Assembly (NCBI GenBank): GCA_026770705.1
Contig: JANJGN010000007.1
Span: 88,536,001-88,600,000, forward strand
From: Isurus oxyrinchus
Taxonomy: Eukaryota
DNA: 64,000 bases
Reading direction: 5' to 3'
This document shows, one piece after another, positions 50,330 through 61,874 of the stretch. The notes under the pieces were generated by a model, which did no database searches, had not been told where the DNA came from, and worked only from the letters and a program-made list of their open reading frames with translations. Within the stretch, counting starts at the first letter, position 1. Each line of letters opens with the position of its first letter. The position numbers and the translations under genes are program-made.

Positions 50330-50800
50330 GGTGGTGGTGCTGAGCTGTCTTGACGGGGGTGGGGTGGTTGGTGAGCTGTGTCAATGGGTGACGTGAGCCA
50401 CATCAATGGGTGGGGGGGAGTTGAGATGTGTCGGATGTTGAGGGTGGTGAGCTGTGTTGGTGGGGGGTGGGTGAGTGAGCTCTGTCAACAGTGGGGGTTG
50501 AGCTGTGTCAACGGGGGTGGTCAGCTGTGTCAACGGGGGGGTGAGCTGTGTCAAATGGGGGTGGTGAGCTGTGTCAGTGGGGGGTGGTGAGCTATGTTAA
50601 AGGGGGGGTGAGCTGTGTCGGCAGAGGGTGGGTGAGCTGTGCCGGAGGCAGTGGGTGAGCTGTGCCGGAGGGGGTGGGTGAGCTGTGTTGGTGGGGTGAG
50701 CTCTGTAAACGAGGGGAGGGCAGCTGTGTTGGCGGGAGGGTGAGCTATGTCACGGCGGGGGGGTGAGTTGTGTCTGCAGGGGTTGAGCTGTGTCAGCAGG
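50330..50800. repeat. Inverted (G-rich) arm of the satellite, GGTGAGCTGTGT units
   Basis: Reverse complement of the ACACAGCTCACC variant at 49780-50200; more degenerate. Confidence 0.85.
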
Positions 50801-50969
50801 GGGATGAACAATAGAGAGGTGAAGAGTGTTGGGACTCACAGGGTTGATGGGGTGGGACCTGAGGGCAGATTTGAAGCGGCATGACTTAAGTTTGTGACGT
50901 GCAAGGGGGGTGTGGCATTGCTGCAATTCTTTACAAAAAACTTTGTATACAACAATCAATCACCAAGAA

Positions 50970-51068
50970 GTTCATTCTCAGCTACCATGTTAACCAATAA
51001 GTGCTTATCGAGGAAGAATGAATACAAAACTATTGGACCTTGACAATGTAATTACTGATACATTGACA
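50970..51068 (-). mobile_element. Copia 5' LTR (50988-51068, 81 bp) plus tRNA-iMet-type PBS (50970-50987), inverted relative to pol
   Basis: Minus strand TGTCAATG...GGTTAACA followed directly by TGGTAGCTGAGAATG; about 85% identical by eye to 54233-54314. Confidence 0.82.
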
Positions 51069-51250
51069 CTGGATACTGCAAAGGCTATGGGCCCTGACAA
51101 TATTCCGGCAATGGTACTGAAGACTTGTGATCCAGAACTTGCCGCACCCCTAGCCAAGCTGTTCCAGCACAGCTACAACACTGGCATCTACCTGGTATTG
51201 TGGAAAATTGCCCAGGTATGTCCTGTAAACAGAAAGCTGGACAAATCCAT
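51069..51250 (+). mobile_element. LINE fragment (DTAKAMGPDNIPAMVLKTC...), continuation of the LINE at 54315-54760 in the opposite orientation
   Basis: ORF 51018-51275 peptide; the same family reads KKMLKALDTAKATGPDNIP uninterrupted at 57319-57609. Confidence 0.8.
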
Positions 51251-51259
51251 TGTCGATAA

Positions 51260-54200
51260 GGTCATGGAGAAATAGGTAGCAACAGGATTATGAACATCAA
51301 CCAAATTTCTGACAGATATTGGTGAGGAATTTGCGAATGAGGAATTTTGAGATGTGTGAAAATTTGAATATCATAGTTATGCACACTATGACTGTGAGCC
51401 CGTTCAGTAATAGTTGTGCAAGAGAAATCATGCAGTGATAGACGACATGTAGCATAAAATATTGACTGATCAACCAGATTGCAAATTGCAAATGGCACTG
51501 GTATGGGCAGTATATGCAAAGAACTCTTTGTAAATTGGGGGTGCACACTCTGTATGAATTGGTGTATGGAAGGAATTCAAAGTTGCATTTGGTGTTATCA
51601 GATGCTCCCCCTGCTCTAGAAGGGACTAGCATTAGCTCCACTTATTCTGCTCATCTGAACATGTGGGCAGAAAAGCTTTCATCAAAGCTGAAGTTTTGGA
51701 GAAAATGCGGCGAGCCTTACAGCACTGCATAAGACCATCAGGAATACGGTTTAGCCAAGCAGACATGATATATTACAAAAGAGAAGGCCAGAAAGAGTGG
51801 AAAGTCCCTGGCAAAATGATAGGCAGTGATGAAAAAGTAATAATTGTACAATACGGAATCAAACTGTTAGGGTACATTCTTCGAGGTTAATTGGCACTGA
51901 CTATACCTTTACAGGTTCTGACCAGGACATAGAAAGTGAAGAGGCGCCATACACTTCACGTACAAATTTATTGGGCAGTTGTGAGGAGCAGACTACGGTG
52001 GATAGAGGGATAACTGATGATGAGTAAAGTAACACTGAGGCACAGGATAAGGCTATTTATCCAAAAGGGCAACTACCCAAAGTAGGAACAAAGGTAACAT
52101 ACATGCCAGAAGAGACCAGTGTGTGGAAGGATGTCACCATCATAGGGAGAGCAGGAAAGGCTACTGGGAAATACAAACATTAGCTAAATTTGCAGGATGA
52201 AGGACAAGAGACAAGACCCATGGATTGGCAAAACGAGGTGAAGATGTAGAAGGCCAGAAAATGCGGTGTGAGTTCTGACAGTGGACCAGAAAGTGGTCAT
52301 GAGCCCTGGAAAAGATCTCAGACTTGTGAAAGGAATTCTAATCACATGCAGGAAAGATCAAACAGCAGTGGCCCAGAAAGAGAGAGGATTGTGAGTAGCT
52401 TGACAAGAACGAGGACTACAGAACTAGCTGGGAATGTCAATAGAAGTAGAAGCCCTTATGATTGAGAGGTTTTAGGAGCTGCTAATAAATTGGAAAATAA
52501 ACTGATAAACGAAGCCAAACAAAAAGAGTTGGACAGTTGGAAAGAATTTGGGGTATGCACTGATATACCAGACAGGGGTATGCTCGTATACAGCCAGCTT
52601 CATCACACAGGTGGATATATACAGAAAAAGTTATTCCGGACAGCATGTACAATGTTAAAGCTAGACTGGTAGCTCGAGGTTTTGAAGGAAGAGTTGGGAT
52701 CAAGATGTCAGGGTGGGCTCTCCTACTGCAGGGAAAGTGAGCTTGAAGATTTTTAAAACTATTTTAGCATCATATTCCTGAGAGTTCAGATTAATTGATA
52801 AAAAAGCTGCATTTTTTGCAGGGTGAGAAATTTCAAAGGGAAGTATTTTTCAAACAACCTAAAGAAGCTGGTGGTATAAAAAGAAAGTTGTAGAAATTAA
52901 ACAAGTGTGTTTATAGGTGAATGATGCATCAGGATTATGGTATTTTTCTGTGAGGTCTGTCCTGTTGAAACCAGATTGCGTTAAGTTAAAGGCAGACCCT
53001 GCGATGTTCTACTGGCATCACAAGGAGAAACAAGCAGGGACCTTTATCATGCATGTTGATGATTTCCTGTGGGGAGGTTCTGTAGAATTTGAGCAATAGG
53101 TGACCGATAAAGTAAAGAAGGAATTTAAGTTTGGAAGTCAGCCTTCAGGGGCCTTTAAATACAGAGGTTTATATATTAAGCAGAGCAAGTCAGGAGTAAC
53201 ATTGAATCAACAATCTTATTTAGAAAATGTCAATCATATCCCAATAAATCGGGTCAGATCCTCACAAAAAGAGAATCCTGCATTCAAAGAAAAAAACAGA
53301 CAAATTAAGAAATTTGGTTTGACAATTGAACTGGTTGTGCACTCAGACTAGACCTGATGTCAGTTATATCATATTGGCACTGAGCACTATGATGAAACGT
53401 GCTACATCTGAGGAAGTCCTGAGAGCAAAGAAATAAATTAAATTTGGAGAAATGCATACTCAAGTTTCTAGCCATGGGTGATCCAGAAGATATGAAGTTA
53501 GTCATTTTTAGCGATGCTCCAATGCCAAATTTCCAGATGGATTCTCTAGCACGGCAGAGTTATCATATTCTTGGTGGGAAAGAATGATCAAAGTTGTCCA
53601 TTGGCCTGGGAGGCCATGAAAATAAAAAGGGTAGTTAAAAGCACCATAGCTGATGAAACACTCGCTTCTACCAAGGCCATAGGTATGGGGCTGTACTTAT
53701 TCAATATACTGACGGAAATACTATACAAGGGGCAATGTGAGAAAAGTTCACCCATAGAATGCTATGTGGATAACCATTCTCTTTCAGATAATGAGAAGGG
53801 AGATCGCTAAGATACGATGTGTTGACACAAGTCACCAACTATCAGATTGTTTTGCGAAAAGAAATGCCTGCTCCAAGAAACGTTTTGGAAGAGGGGTGCA
53901 AAATGCAAAAGTGATTTTTTTTGCTTTGTAATGTTTATATAAATGGTAAAGGGAATGTAGAATCTATAATGTGAAAATTGGTGACTTTGTTTCCTGGAAA
54001 AACTCAACAGGTCTGACAGCATCTGTGGAGAGAGAAACAGGTGATGTTTCGAGTCCGTGTGACCCTTCTTCAGAGCTACCAGACCTGCTGAGTTTTTCCA
54101 GCATTTTATGTGTTTGTTTCAGACTTCCAGCATCTGCAGTATTTTGCTTTTAATTTTGTTTTCTTTTGTTTAATTTGAAAGATGTTCTTGAATTTTTCAA

Positions 54201-54314
54201 AAGCTTTAATTTAAAAGAAAAAAAGGGGAATCTGTTAATGTGTAAGTAATTCCATTGCCAAGGTCCAATAGATTTGGATTCATTCTTCCACAATTAGCAC
54301 TTATTGGAGTAACA
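51260..54314 (+). mobile_element. Degraded Ty1/copia LTR retrotransposon: integrase-RT-RNase H, PPT 54213-54230, 3' LTR 54233-54314
   Basis: Integrase remnants (GEEFANEEF, ERNHAVID, LVYGRN) precede RT motifs KARLVARGFE, SPTAGK, NDASGLWY, DPAMFYWH, MHVDDFLWGG, TRPDVS and RNase H KIKRVVKSTIADET, CYVDNHSL; copia domain order. Confidence 0.88.
53994..54151. mobile_element. Fold-back PLE-end insertion within the copia 3' region
   Basis: ctggaaaaactc..ggtctg versus cagacctgctgagtttttccag; antisense hammerhead-like CTGAAGA..GACTCGAAAC at about 54039-54077. Confidence 0.78.
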
Positions 54315-54760
54315 TTCAGTGCCTTCAGCCATTTCTTGATATCATGTGGAGTGAATTGAATTGACTGAAGACTGGAATCTGTGATGCTGAGAACCTCTGG
54401 AGGAGGCCAAGATGGATCATCCAATCTGCACTTTTGGCTGAAGATTGTTGCAAATGCTTCAGCCTCATTTTTTGCACTGATGTGCTGGGCTCCCCCATCA
54501 TTGAGGATGGGTTATTTGTGGAGCCTCCTCTTCCACCGAGTTGTTTAATTGTCCACCACCATTCACGACTGGATGTGGCAGGGCTGCAGAGCTTATACCC
54601 GATCCATTGATTGTGGAATCACCTGCTCTGTCTATCATTTGCTGCTTATGCTGTTCAGAACGCAAGTAATCCTGTGTTGTAGCTTCACCAGGTTGACACC
54701 TCATTTTTAAGTATGTCTGGTGCTGCCCCTGGCATGCCCTCCTGGACTCTTCATTGTAAT
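54315..54760 (-). mobile_element. LINE fragment (second CR1/L2-group family), host of the copia insertion
   Basis: MDDPSWPPPEV..IQFTPHDIKKWLKAL. Confidence 0.8.
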
Positions 54761-54859
54761 TCAATTTGGGGAAGCGTGAGGCTTTCACTTTTAATTAAAC
54801 AAAGACAACATTTTTTTTGAAATGATGTTCCATTTACACAAATTCTTAAAAGTTAGTGG

Positions 54860-55510
54860 ACAACTATAAGAAGCAAATAGAATGTTAGTCTTCATCTCAA
54901 GAGGACCAGAAGTGGAGAAGCCTTGGTTAGATCACGCGTGTTAAGCTCTGGGTATCACACTGAAGGAAAGATCAATTGTCCTTGGTGGGAGTACTGTGCA
55001 GATTCACCAAAATCATACTGGGGCTTAAAGGGTTAAGTTATGAGGACAGGTTGCATAAACTTGGATTGTAACCCTTGAGCGGTGATCAAATTGAAGTTTT
55101 TAAAAAGATAAATTTTCAATATTTTAGATAGAGCAAAGCTATTTCATCTGATGGGGTGGGGGGAATTTAGAACAAGGGAATATCATCAATTTAGAACCAG
55201 ACCATTCAGGATTGAAATCAAGAAACAATTCTTTACACAAAGAGTAGTAAAAAGCTGGAATGCTGTTCCCTCCAGCTTTTGGATGCTGGAGGTCACCTCC
55301 AGCTTTTGGATGCTGGAGGTCACCTCCAGCTTTTGGATGCTGGAGGTCAATTGACACTTTCAGTACTGAAATTTATGGATTTTGATTAGATAAGAGTATC
55401 AAGGGATATAGAACAAAAACGTATACATGGAGTTGAAGTAAAGATCAACCATAATCCAACTGAATGACAGAACGGGCTAGAGAGGCTGAATGATCCCCTC
55501 CTGTTCCTGT
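54860..55510 (+). mobile_element. CR1 3' end containing a perfect 27-bp triplication
   Basis: FRIEIKKQFFTQRVVKSWN peptide and CR1 tail. Confidence 0.75.
55269..55349. repeat. 3 x 27-bp perfect tandem repeat CCTCCAGCTTTTGGATGCTGGAGGTCA
   Basis: Directly visible; each unit has an 8-bp inverted repeat. Confidence 0.95.
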
Positions 55511-55939
55511 GAGTTGTTGCATAAAGAATGTTTTCCTGGACACTCCTTGATCCCCAATGCACTGAAAAAATGATGCAAACTAAATTTACTGTGACTGACA
55601 GCATGTTCTTTTGACTGAATCTACACCTCATGAGAACTGTGTCAGGGTGGGCTGAAATTATGTCTCATAAATTGCCATCCAAACTTCAAATGGAAGTGTC
55701 AGACTCTTTAGAGCTCAGCCCCTTCCAACTGCTGAGCCTCTGAGCCTGCCTCTAGGATCTTTGTTGCTGGCATTTTTCCTGAGGAAAATTTGAAATCGCA
55801 ATATTTGTCACTGGATCTTTAAAATTTGTTTTCATAAACTTTAAGCACAGCACTTGTTGACAGTACAAGCATGCATTATATCACAGCAGCTCCTCTGACC
55901 TTTCAGAAAAATGTGCTCTGATGTGGTCTTTGCTCACAA

Positions 55940-57605
55940 GGCCAGCATTTATTGCCCATCCCTAGTTGCCCTTGAGAAGATGGTGGTGAGCTGCCTTCTT
56001 GAACCGCTGCAGTCCATGTGGTATAGGTAGACCCACAGTGCTGTTAGGAAGGGAGTTCCAGGATTTTGACCCAGTGACAGTGAAGGAACGACGATATATT
56101 TCCAAGTCAGGATAGTGAGTGGCTTGGAGGGGAACTTGCATGTGGTGCTGTTTGCGTGTATCTCCTGCCCTTGTCCTTTTAGATGGTAGCGGTTGTGGGT
56201 CTGGAAGGTGCTGCCTAAGGAGCCTTGATGAGATTCTGCAGTGCAACTTCTAGATGGTACACACTGCTGCTACTGTGCATTGAAGATGCAGGGAGTGAAT
56301 GTTAGTGGAAAGGGTGCCAATCAAGTAGGCTGCTTTGTCCTGGGTGGTGTCAAGCTTCTTGAGTGTTGCTGGAGCTGCACTCATCCAGGCATATGGAGAG
56401 TATTCCATCACACTCCTGACTTGTGCCTTGTAGATGGTGGACAGACTTTGGGGAATCAGGAGGTGAGTTACTCGCCGCAGAATCCCTAGCCTCTGACTAC
56501 TGTAGCCACAGTATTTATATGGCTAGTCCAGTTCAGTTTCTGGTCAATGGTAACCTCAGAATGTTGTTAATGGGGGATTCAGTGATGGTAATGCCATTGA
56601 ATGTCAAGGGGCGATGGTTAGATTCTCTCTTTTTGGAGATGGTCATTGCCTGACACTTGTGTGGTGCGAATGTTACTTGCCACTTGTTAGCCCAAGCCTG
56701 GATATTGTCCAGGTTTGCTGCATTTGAACATGGACTGCTTCAGTATCTGAGGAGTCACAAATGGTGCTGAACATTGTGCAATCATCAGCAAACATCCCCA
56801 CTTCTGACCTTATGATAGAAGGAAGGTCATTAATGAAGCAGCTGAAGATAATTGGGCCTAGGACACTACCCTGAGGAACTCCTGCAGTGATGCCCTGAAA
56901 CTGAGATGATTGACCTCCAACAACCACAACCATCTTCCTTGTGCTAGATATGACTCCAACCAGCAGAAATTATTTCCTCTGATTCCCATTGACTCCAGTT
57001 TTGCTAGAGCTCTTTGATGCCATACTTGGTCAAATGCTGCCTTGGTGTAAAGTGCTGTCACTCTCACCTCACCTCTCAAGTTCAGATCTTTTGTCCATGT
57101 TTGAAACAAGGCTGTAATGAGGTCAGAAGCTGAGTGACCCTGGCGGAACACAAACCGAGCATTAGTGAGCAGGTTATTGCTAAGCAAATGCACTATTAAT
57201 GACTCTTTCCATCACTTTACTGATGACCTGTTGTAGACTGATGGGTCGGTAATTGGCTAGGTTGGATTTGTCCTGCTTTTTTTTTTACAGGATATACCTG
57301 GGTAATTTTCCACATTGCTCAGCAGATGCCAATGTTGTAGCTGTAGTAGGACAGCTTGGCTAGGGGCACGGCAATTTCTGGTGCACAAGTCTTCAGTACT
57401 ATTGTTGGAATATTGTCAGGCCCTGTAGCCTTTGCAGTATCCAGTGCCTTCAGCATTTTCTTGATATCACCTGCAGTGAATCGAATTGGCTGAAGACTGG
57501 CATCTGTGATGCTGGGGTCCTCCGGAGGAGGCCAAGTTGAATCATCCATTCGGCACTTCTGGCTGATGATTGTTGCGAATGCTTCAGCCTCATCTTTTGC
57601 AACAA
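55940..57605 (-). mobile_element. LINE ORF2 plus 3' end (second CR1/L2-group family)
   Basis: GVPQGSVLGPIIFSCFINDLP..MFADDCT; KAAFDQVWH; GPDNIPTIVLKTCAPE. Confidence 0.9.
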
Positions 57606-58384
57606 TCAACAGCTACTGCATTCAATTACCTGGAGGCTGGATTGAGAATGCATGTTTATGAGAACAAGTGGAAGCTCTTTGTTACCAATATTGTTTCTAA
57701 TTTCAAAAAGGTAACAAATCAAACCTATTAATCTGACACTAGCAATTAGCAAAATAATATAATCCATCATTGTACAAACTCCAATGACATCAATATGAAA
57801 ATGTCTTTTAAGCGACAGCCAACACTGCTTCAGAAAGGCAGTTTGGCTGGATCAACCCTGTTGACATGACATTACTGCAGACTTCACATGCAAATTCTGC
57901 ATTTGTCTTGTTCCCCATCTCCATTTATTATCTCACATGAGTGAAGAGCTTCCCCACAGTGAGAGGAAACAGATCAGCGACTGCATATTCACAGTCTGGT
58001 TTTGTAACATGAATCTATTGTCAAGTGTGCATCACAAGCTGAATTCTCAGTGGAATATTTCAAATCAGTTTTGCAAGGATTGTAAGAGCTCCCTGGGACA
58101 GCTATCATGGTCGCACAATGGTGCAGCATGTGTGGACACAAAAAGACATCTTTAGTTTAATGTCTTCAGTGACCATGGTTAATGGACATGAGGACGGTAA
58201 CATTATAGGACCTTGCAGTTTCATGTTGGAATTGAATGTAATGTGCTTTTTAACCAAAACTTTAAGCTAAAATTTAATTTAAAATTGAGGTCTTGAGTTA
58301 AGATTGTCTGAAGAATGCTACTAATCCAGTAACTAATGAGGAACAATTGTCATTCATTTTCAAGTGTGCTTACTAAATAGTCAC

Positions 58385-59101
58385 CAAGGAATTTTACAGT
58401 CCCCCACCACCTTCTTGCCCACCCCCAAGCTGTTCCCTTTTATATAATGGGAAAGTCAGGTAAGGCATCAGGCAGTCCGCCTGCCCTTATGCCTATAGAG
58501 GCCCTTTTACTGGCCAATTAAAAGCCACTTAAGGACCTAATTTTGCCTCCGCTGCCATAATACATTGGGCAGGTGAAAGGAAGGAAGGTGGCCAGTTTGC
58601 AACTTTAACAGCTTGGGCTTAAAGGCCGGAAGGAAGGTGGGGTGGTATCTCCTTTGGGGCACTCCTGTGTCCATCAGGGTCACCCCCCTACTCAGGATGA
58701 TACTTCCTCTTTGTGCCTCCACCCCAGCTTCTAAAACCCTCCCCCATACCCCTCCTCCCCCAACCCCCTTCCTCGCTAGTGCCTCTAATCCATCCCAGAC
58801 CAAAATCCCCGGACTTACCTCGAAGATTGATGTCCCACTTCCTTCTTCTTGGGGCTCCTTGTAGTCCCAGCACCGGTCACTACTGTGTTCTGGAGCTGCT
58901 GAGACTACTCAGCTGCCAGCCAATCAGATTGGCCGGCAGCTCTCAAGGGTGGTCCATTCTGTGCCCAAAGGGGCCGAAGTCCCACTCCCACTTTGTTAAG
59001 ACAAACCCCAGTGTATTATCATTGCAGGGGTGCCCGTTTAAAGTCAGCGAGGTGCCCACTGAGCACGCAACCCCCCCCCCCCCAACCATAAAATTCACCC
59101 C
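58385..59101. mobile_element. Harbinger-like MITE (approximate bounds)
   Basis: GGAATTTTAC ... TAAAATTCACCCC ends; internal gccaatcagattggc motif shared with 15040-15801. Confidence 0.65.
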
Positions 59102-59455
59102 ATAGATTCATTATGGCACAATAGGAGACGGTTTGGCCCATTGAATCCAATCAGTGCAATCCCCTGTGGTGCCCTTGGAGCCTTTTATGTTTATTTCCTT
59201 CTAGTGTCCATCCAATTTCCTTTTGAAATTATTCATCATCTCTGCTTCCACCACCCTCTGGGCAACGAGTACCAAGTCATTATGCCTGACTGTGTGAAAA
59301 AGTTCTTCTTCACATCTGCCCTGCATCTATTCCCCACAACCTTAAATCTCTGTCCCCCTAGTCCTTGTACCACCAGCTAATGGGAACAGTTTTTCTTTAG
59401 TCAGCCTTATCCAAACCTGTCATAATTTTGTACACCTCCATCAAATCTCCTTATA
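59102..59455 (-). mobile_element. CR1 3' end fragment (approximate bounds)
   Basis: Reverse-strand CR1 tail (gtgtgaaaaagttctt, cacctccatcaaatctcc). Confidence 0.6.
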
Positions 59456-59686
59456 CCTTTTCTAATAGTTAGTGACTTCCACATTCAGATCTCATTTTCA
59501 CTGACTACCTGTGTACTGCTATTCTGCAGAAAGTAAAGTCTAGAAACCCACTGAACTTTTCACAGAGTGCCTCACAAGTCCAATCATCATCAAAGGTACA
59601 AGTTACATCTGAGCCTTGCAGGAATAATCAGTCTAGTCCAATGATGACAATCTCATTTGTCTTTTTCCCCTGCATTTTTTTTGCAG

Positions 59687-59851
59687 CAAGGAGGCTCAGA
59701 TTTTGTCCCTGTGATTGTGAATAGGGAAGTTCTGCAATCAATGAGCAGGAGGGATGTTCTGATTAAACGCTGGCCAAAGCCGTTAAGGTGGCACTACTAT
59801 CGATCACTGTTACCTGATGTCTCCATTACCATGTGCCCTATATGTTTCCAG
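59687..59851 (+). CDS. IFT122: IFT122 penultimate coding exon ([55 protein letters not shown])
   Basis: Polypyrimidine tract plus ttgcag ending at 59686; donor CAG|gtggga at 59852; 165 nt, phase 0/0. Confidence 0.95.
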
Positions 59852-60479
59852 GTGGGAATGTCTACATTTTTTACCATAACTCTTGTTACTACCCTCTCAC
59901 CACTTTTTACAATCCTGTTCTCCACACAGTCCATCCCCCCAGGTTCCTACCAAGTTTCTTCCAGAGATACCCTCCTTGCTTTGCAGAGATATCCTCCCTC
60001 CTTTGTACTGTGCAATTCTTCATACTCAGCGATTTGAATTTTTATCAGCTGCACTTGACACCTCTCCAATGACTTCATCTCCTTTCTATCCTGCCTATAT
60101 ATTTGCTTCCATATTCATACTCCCCTCCCTTGAGGCTATCTTCTCCTTTGCCCTCTCTAAGCCCATGACTCCTATGTCTCAATCACAGGAAAGGTAATCC
60201 CTAACCCCTTCCATAAAACCCTCACCACCCACATCCCCTTGCATCTTTCTACATTGACCTCGAGAAATAAATTTTCTTCCCCAAGTCACTTACAGCTAAA
60301 CTTACAAACTCCCAACCACTCAAGTCCTGATTTTAACTTTACTCACTTGGCAGGAAGGCAGGTTCTGATCCATTGTCAGTTTTGCACCACACCTGATCCT
60401 CTATCTTAGTCAGCCTTCCTAGCACAACCCTTATCTTCACTGCCTCCAGTCCAAAAGACACAGACTTGATGTTGAGAGA

Positions 60480-61115
60480 ATAGTCACTAAAGCATATAGT
60501 ACCTTAGGTTTTTTAATAGGGGCATTGAGCACAAGAGTAAGGAGGCCATGTTGAACTTGGATAAGACACTACTTTGGCCTCATCTGGAGTACTGCATCCA
60601 GTTCTGGGCACCACACTTGAGGAAGCATCTGAAAGCACTGGAGAGAGTACAGAGGAAATTCACAATAATGATTCCAGGGATGAAGAATATCTATGAGGAT
60701 AGATTGGAGAAGTTGGGACTGTTTTCCTTGGAGAAAAGAAGGCTGAGAGGAGACTTGTTGAAGGTATTCAAAATCCTGAGGGGTATTGGCAGGGTAAATA
60801 GTGAGAAACTATTCCCCCTCAAGGGAGCGTCGAGAACTACAGGGCACAGATTCAAAATAATTGGCAAAAGGAGTAAAAGTGATGTGAGGAAAAGTCTTTC
60901 CATGGTTGGAATCTGGAACGAACTTCCTGAGAGGGTGGTGGGGGCAGGTTTGATTGAGGTATTCAAAAGGGAATTGAATCAACAATCTGAAAAGAGAGAA
61001 TGTGCAGGATTTTGGGGATAAGGCAGGGGCATGGGACTAGGTAGAATGCTCTTTCAGAGAGCCAGTGCAGATTTGATGGGCCGTATGGCCACCTTTTGCA
61101 CTTTAAAGATTCTGT
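60480..61115 (+). mobile_element. CR1 3' end
   Basis: ORF 60548-61021 PHLEYCIQFWAPHLRK..LERVQRKFT..LEKRRLRGDL. Confidence 0.88.
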
Positions 61116-61760
61116 AATGAGCCGCTTCGCCTCTTAGATTGAGACCATCCATGCAGCTGCCTTTTTTTGCTTCCCCGCTTCCCTCTGTCCATAAAGCCAA
61201 GCTTCCCTAGCTCTGAACCTGCAATTTCTCCAATTTCTTTATTACCCTTCATGACTCACATCCCATTTACCTTTTGCTACTAATCTGCTGACTATCCGAC
61301 TTGTTTGCTAGACCCTGTGCTCATTGTCCATTTCCTTGGGACTACCTTTGCTTGGTATGCTCTCTGTGGCTCATATGGGACACCCAAAACTGTATACAGT
61401 GCTTTGTTGCATAATCAACATTTTATACACCGTATTTTATTATATTTTATATTTTTTATATTTTATACATCATTACTCCTCTCTTGTACTTTCTATCCCA
61501 ATTTATGTAACCCAAAATGCTGTTGATCTTTTTTATAGCTTTATTTACCTGCCCTTGTACTTTCAATGAATTACGTACGTGATACTATATTCCTCTCAGT
61601 TCATCCATATCCTTCATCATATTTCCATTGAGTGTATGCATATTTGCCCACTGGGTTATCTTGCACTTTATCCAGATTTAGTATTGTTTACTTGAATATT
61701 GCCTGACTGAGATTCTGCATTGCCCACCCCTACTTTACCATTGTTATCCTTCAATCACAG

Positions 61761-61874
61761 ATGTTTCACAGTGAAGACTATGAATTGCTCGTTCTTCAGC
61801 ACAACTGCTGTCCATACTGTCGCCGGCCAATAGATGAACCAGCCTATGATCAACATGGCACAACTAAAGATTAA
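61761..61874 (+). CDS. IFT122: IFT122 last coding exon ([37 protein letters not shown]-stop)
   Basis: Acceptor caatcacag ends at 61760; TAA at 61872-61874; matches the recalled IFT122 C-terminal [21 protein letters not shown]. Read manually. Confidence 0.95.
   Translation: MFHSEDYELLVLQHNCCPYCRRPIDEPAYDQHGTTKD

Noticed and set aside
55269-55349. CRISPR-like palindromic direct repeats
   Set aside because: No spacers, no cas genes, eukaryotic CR1 context.
59657-60037. ORF extensions beyond the IFT122 exons (also 14744-14950, 21015-21296, 41803-42003)
   Set aside because: Similarity to IFT122 stops at canonical splice sites; the extensions are intronic read-through.
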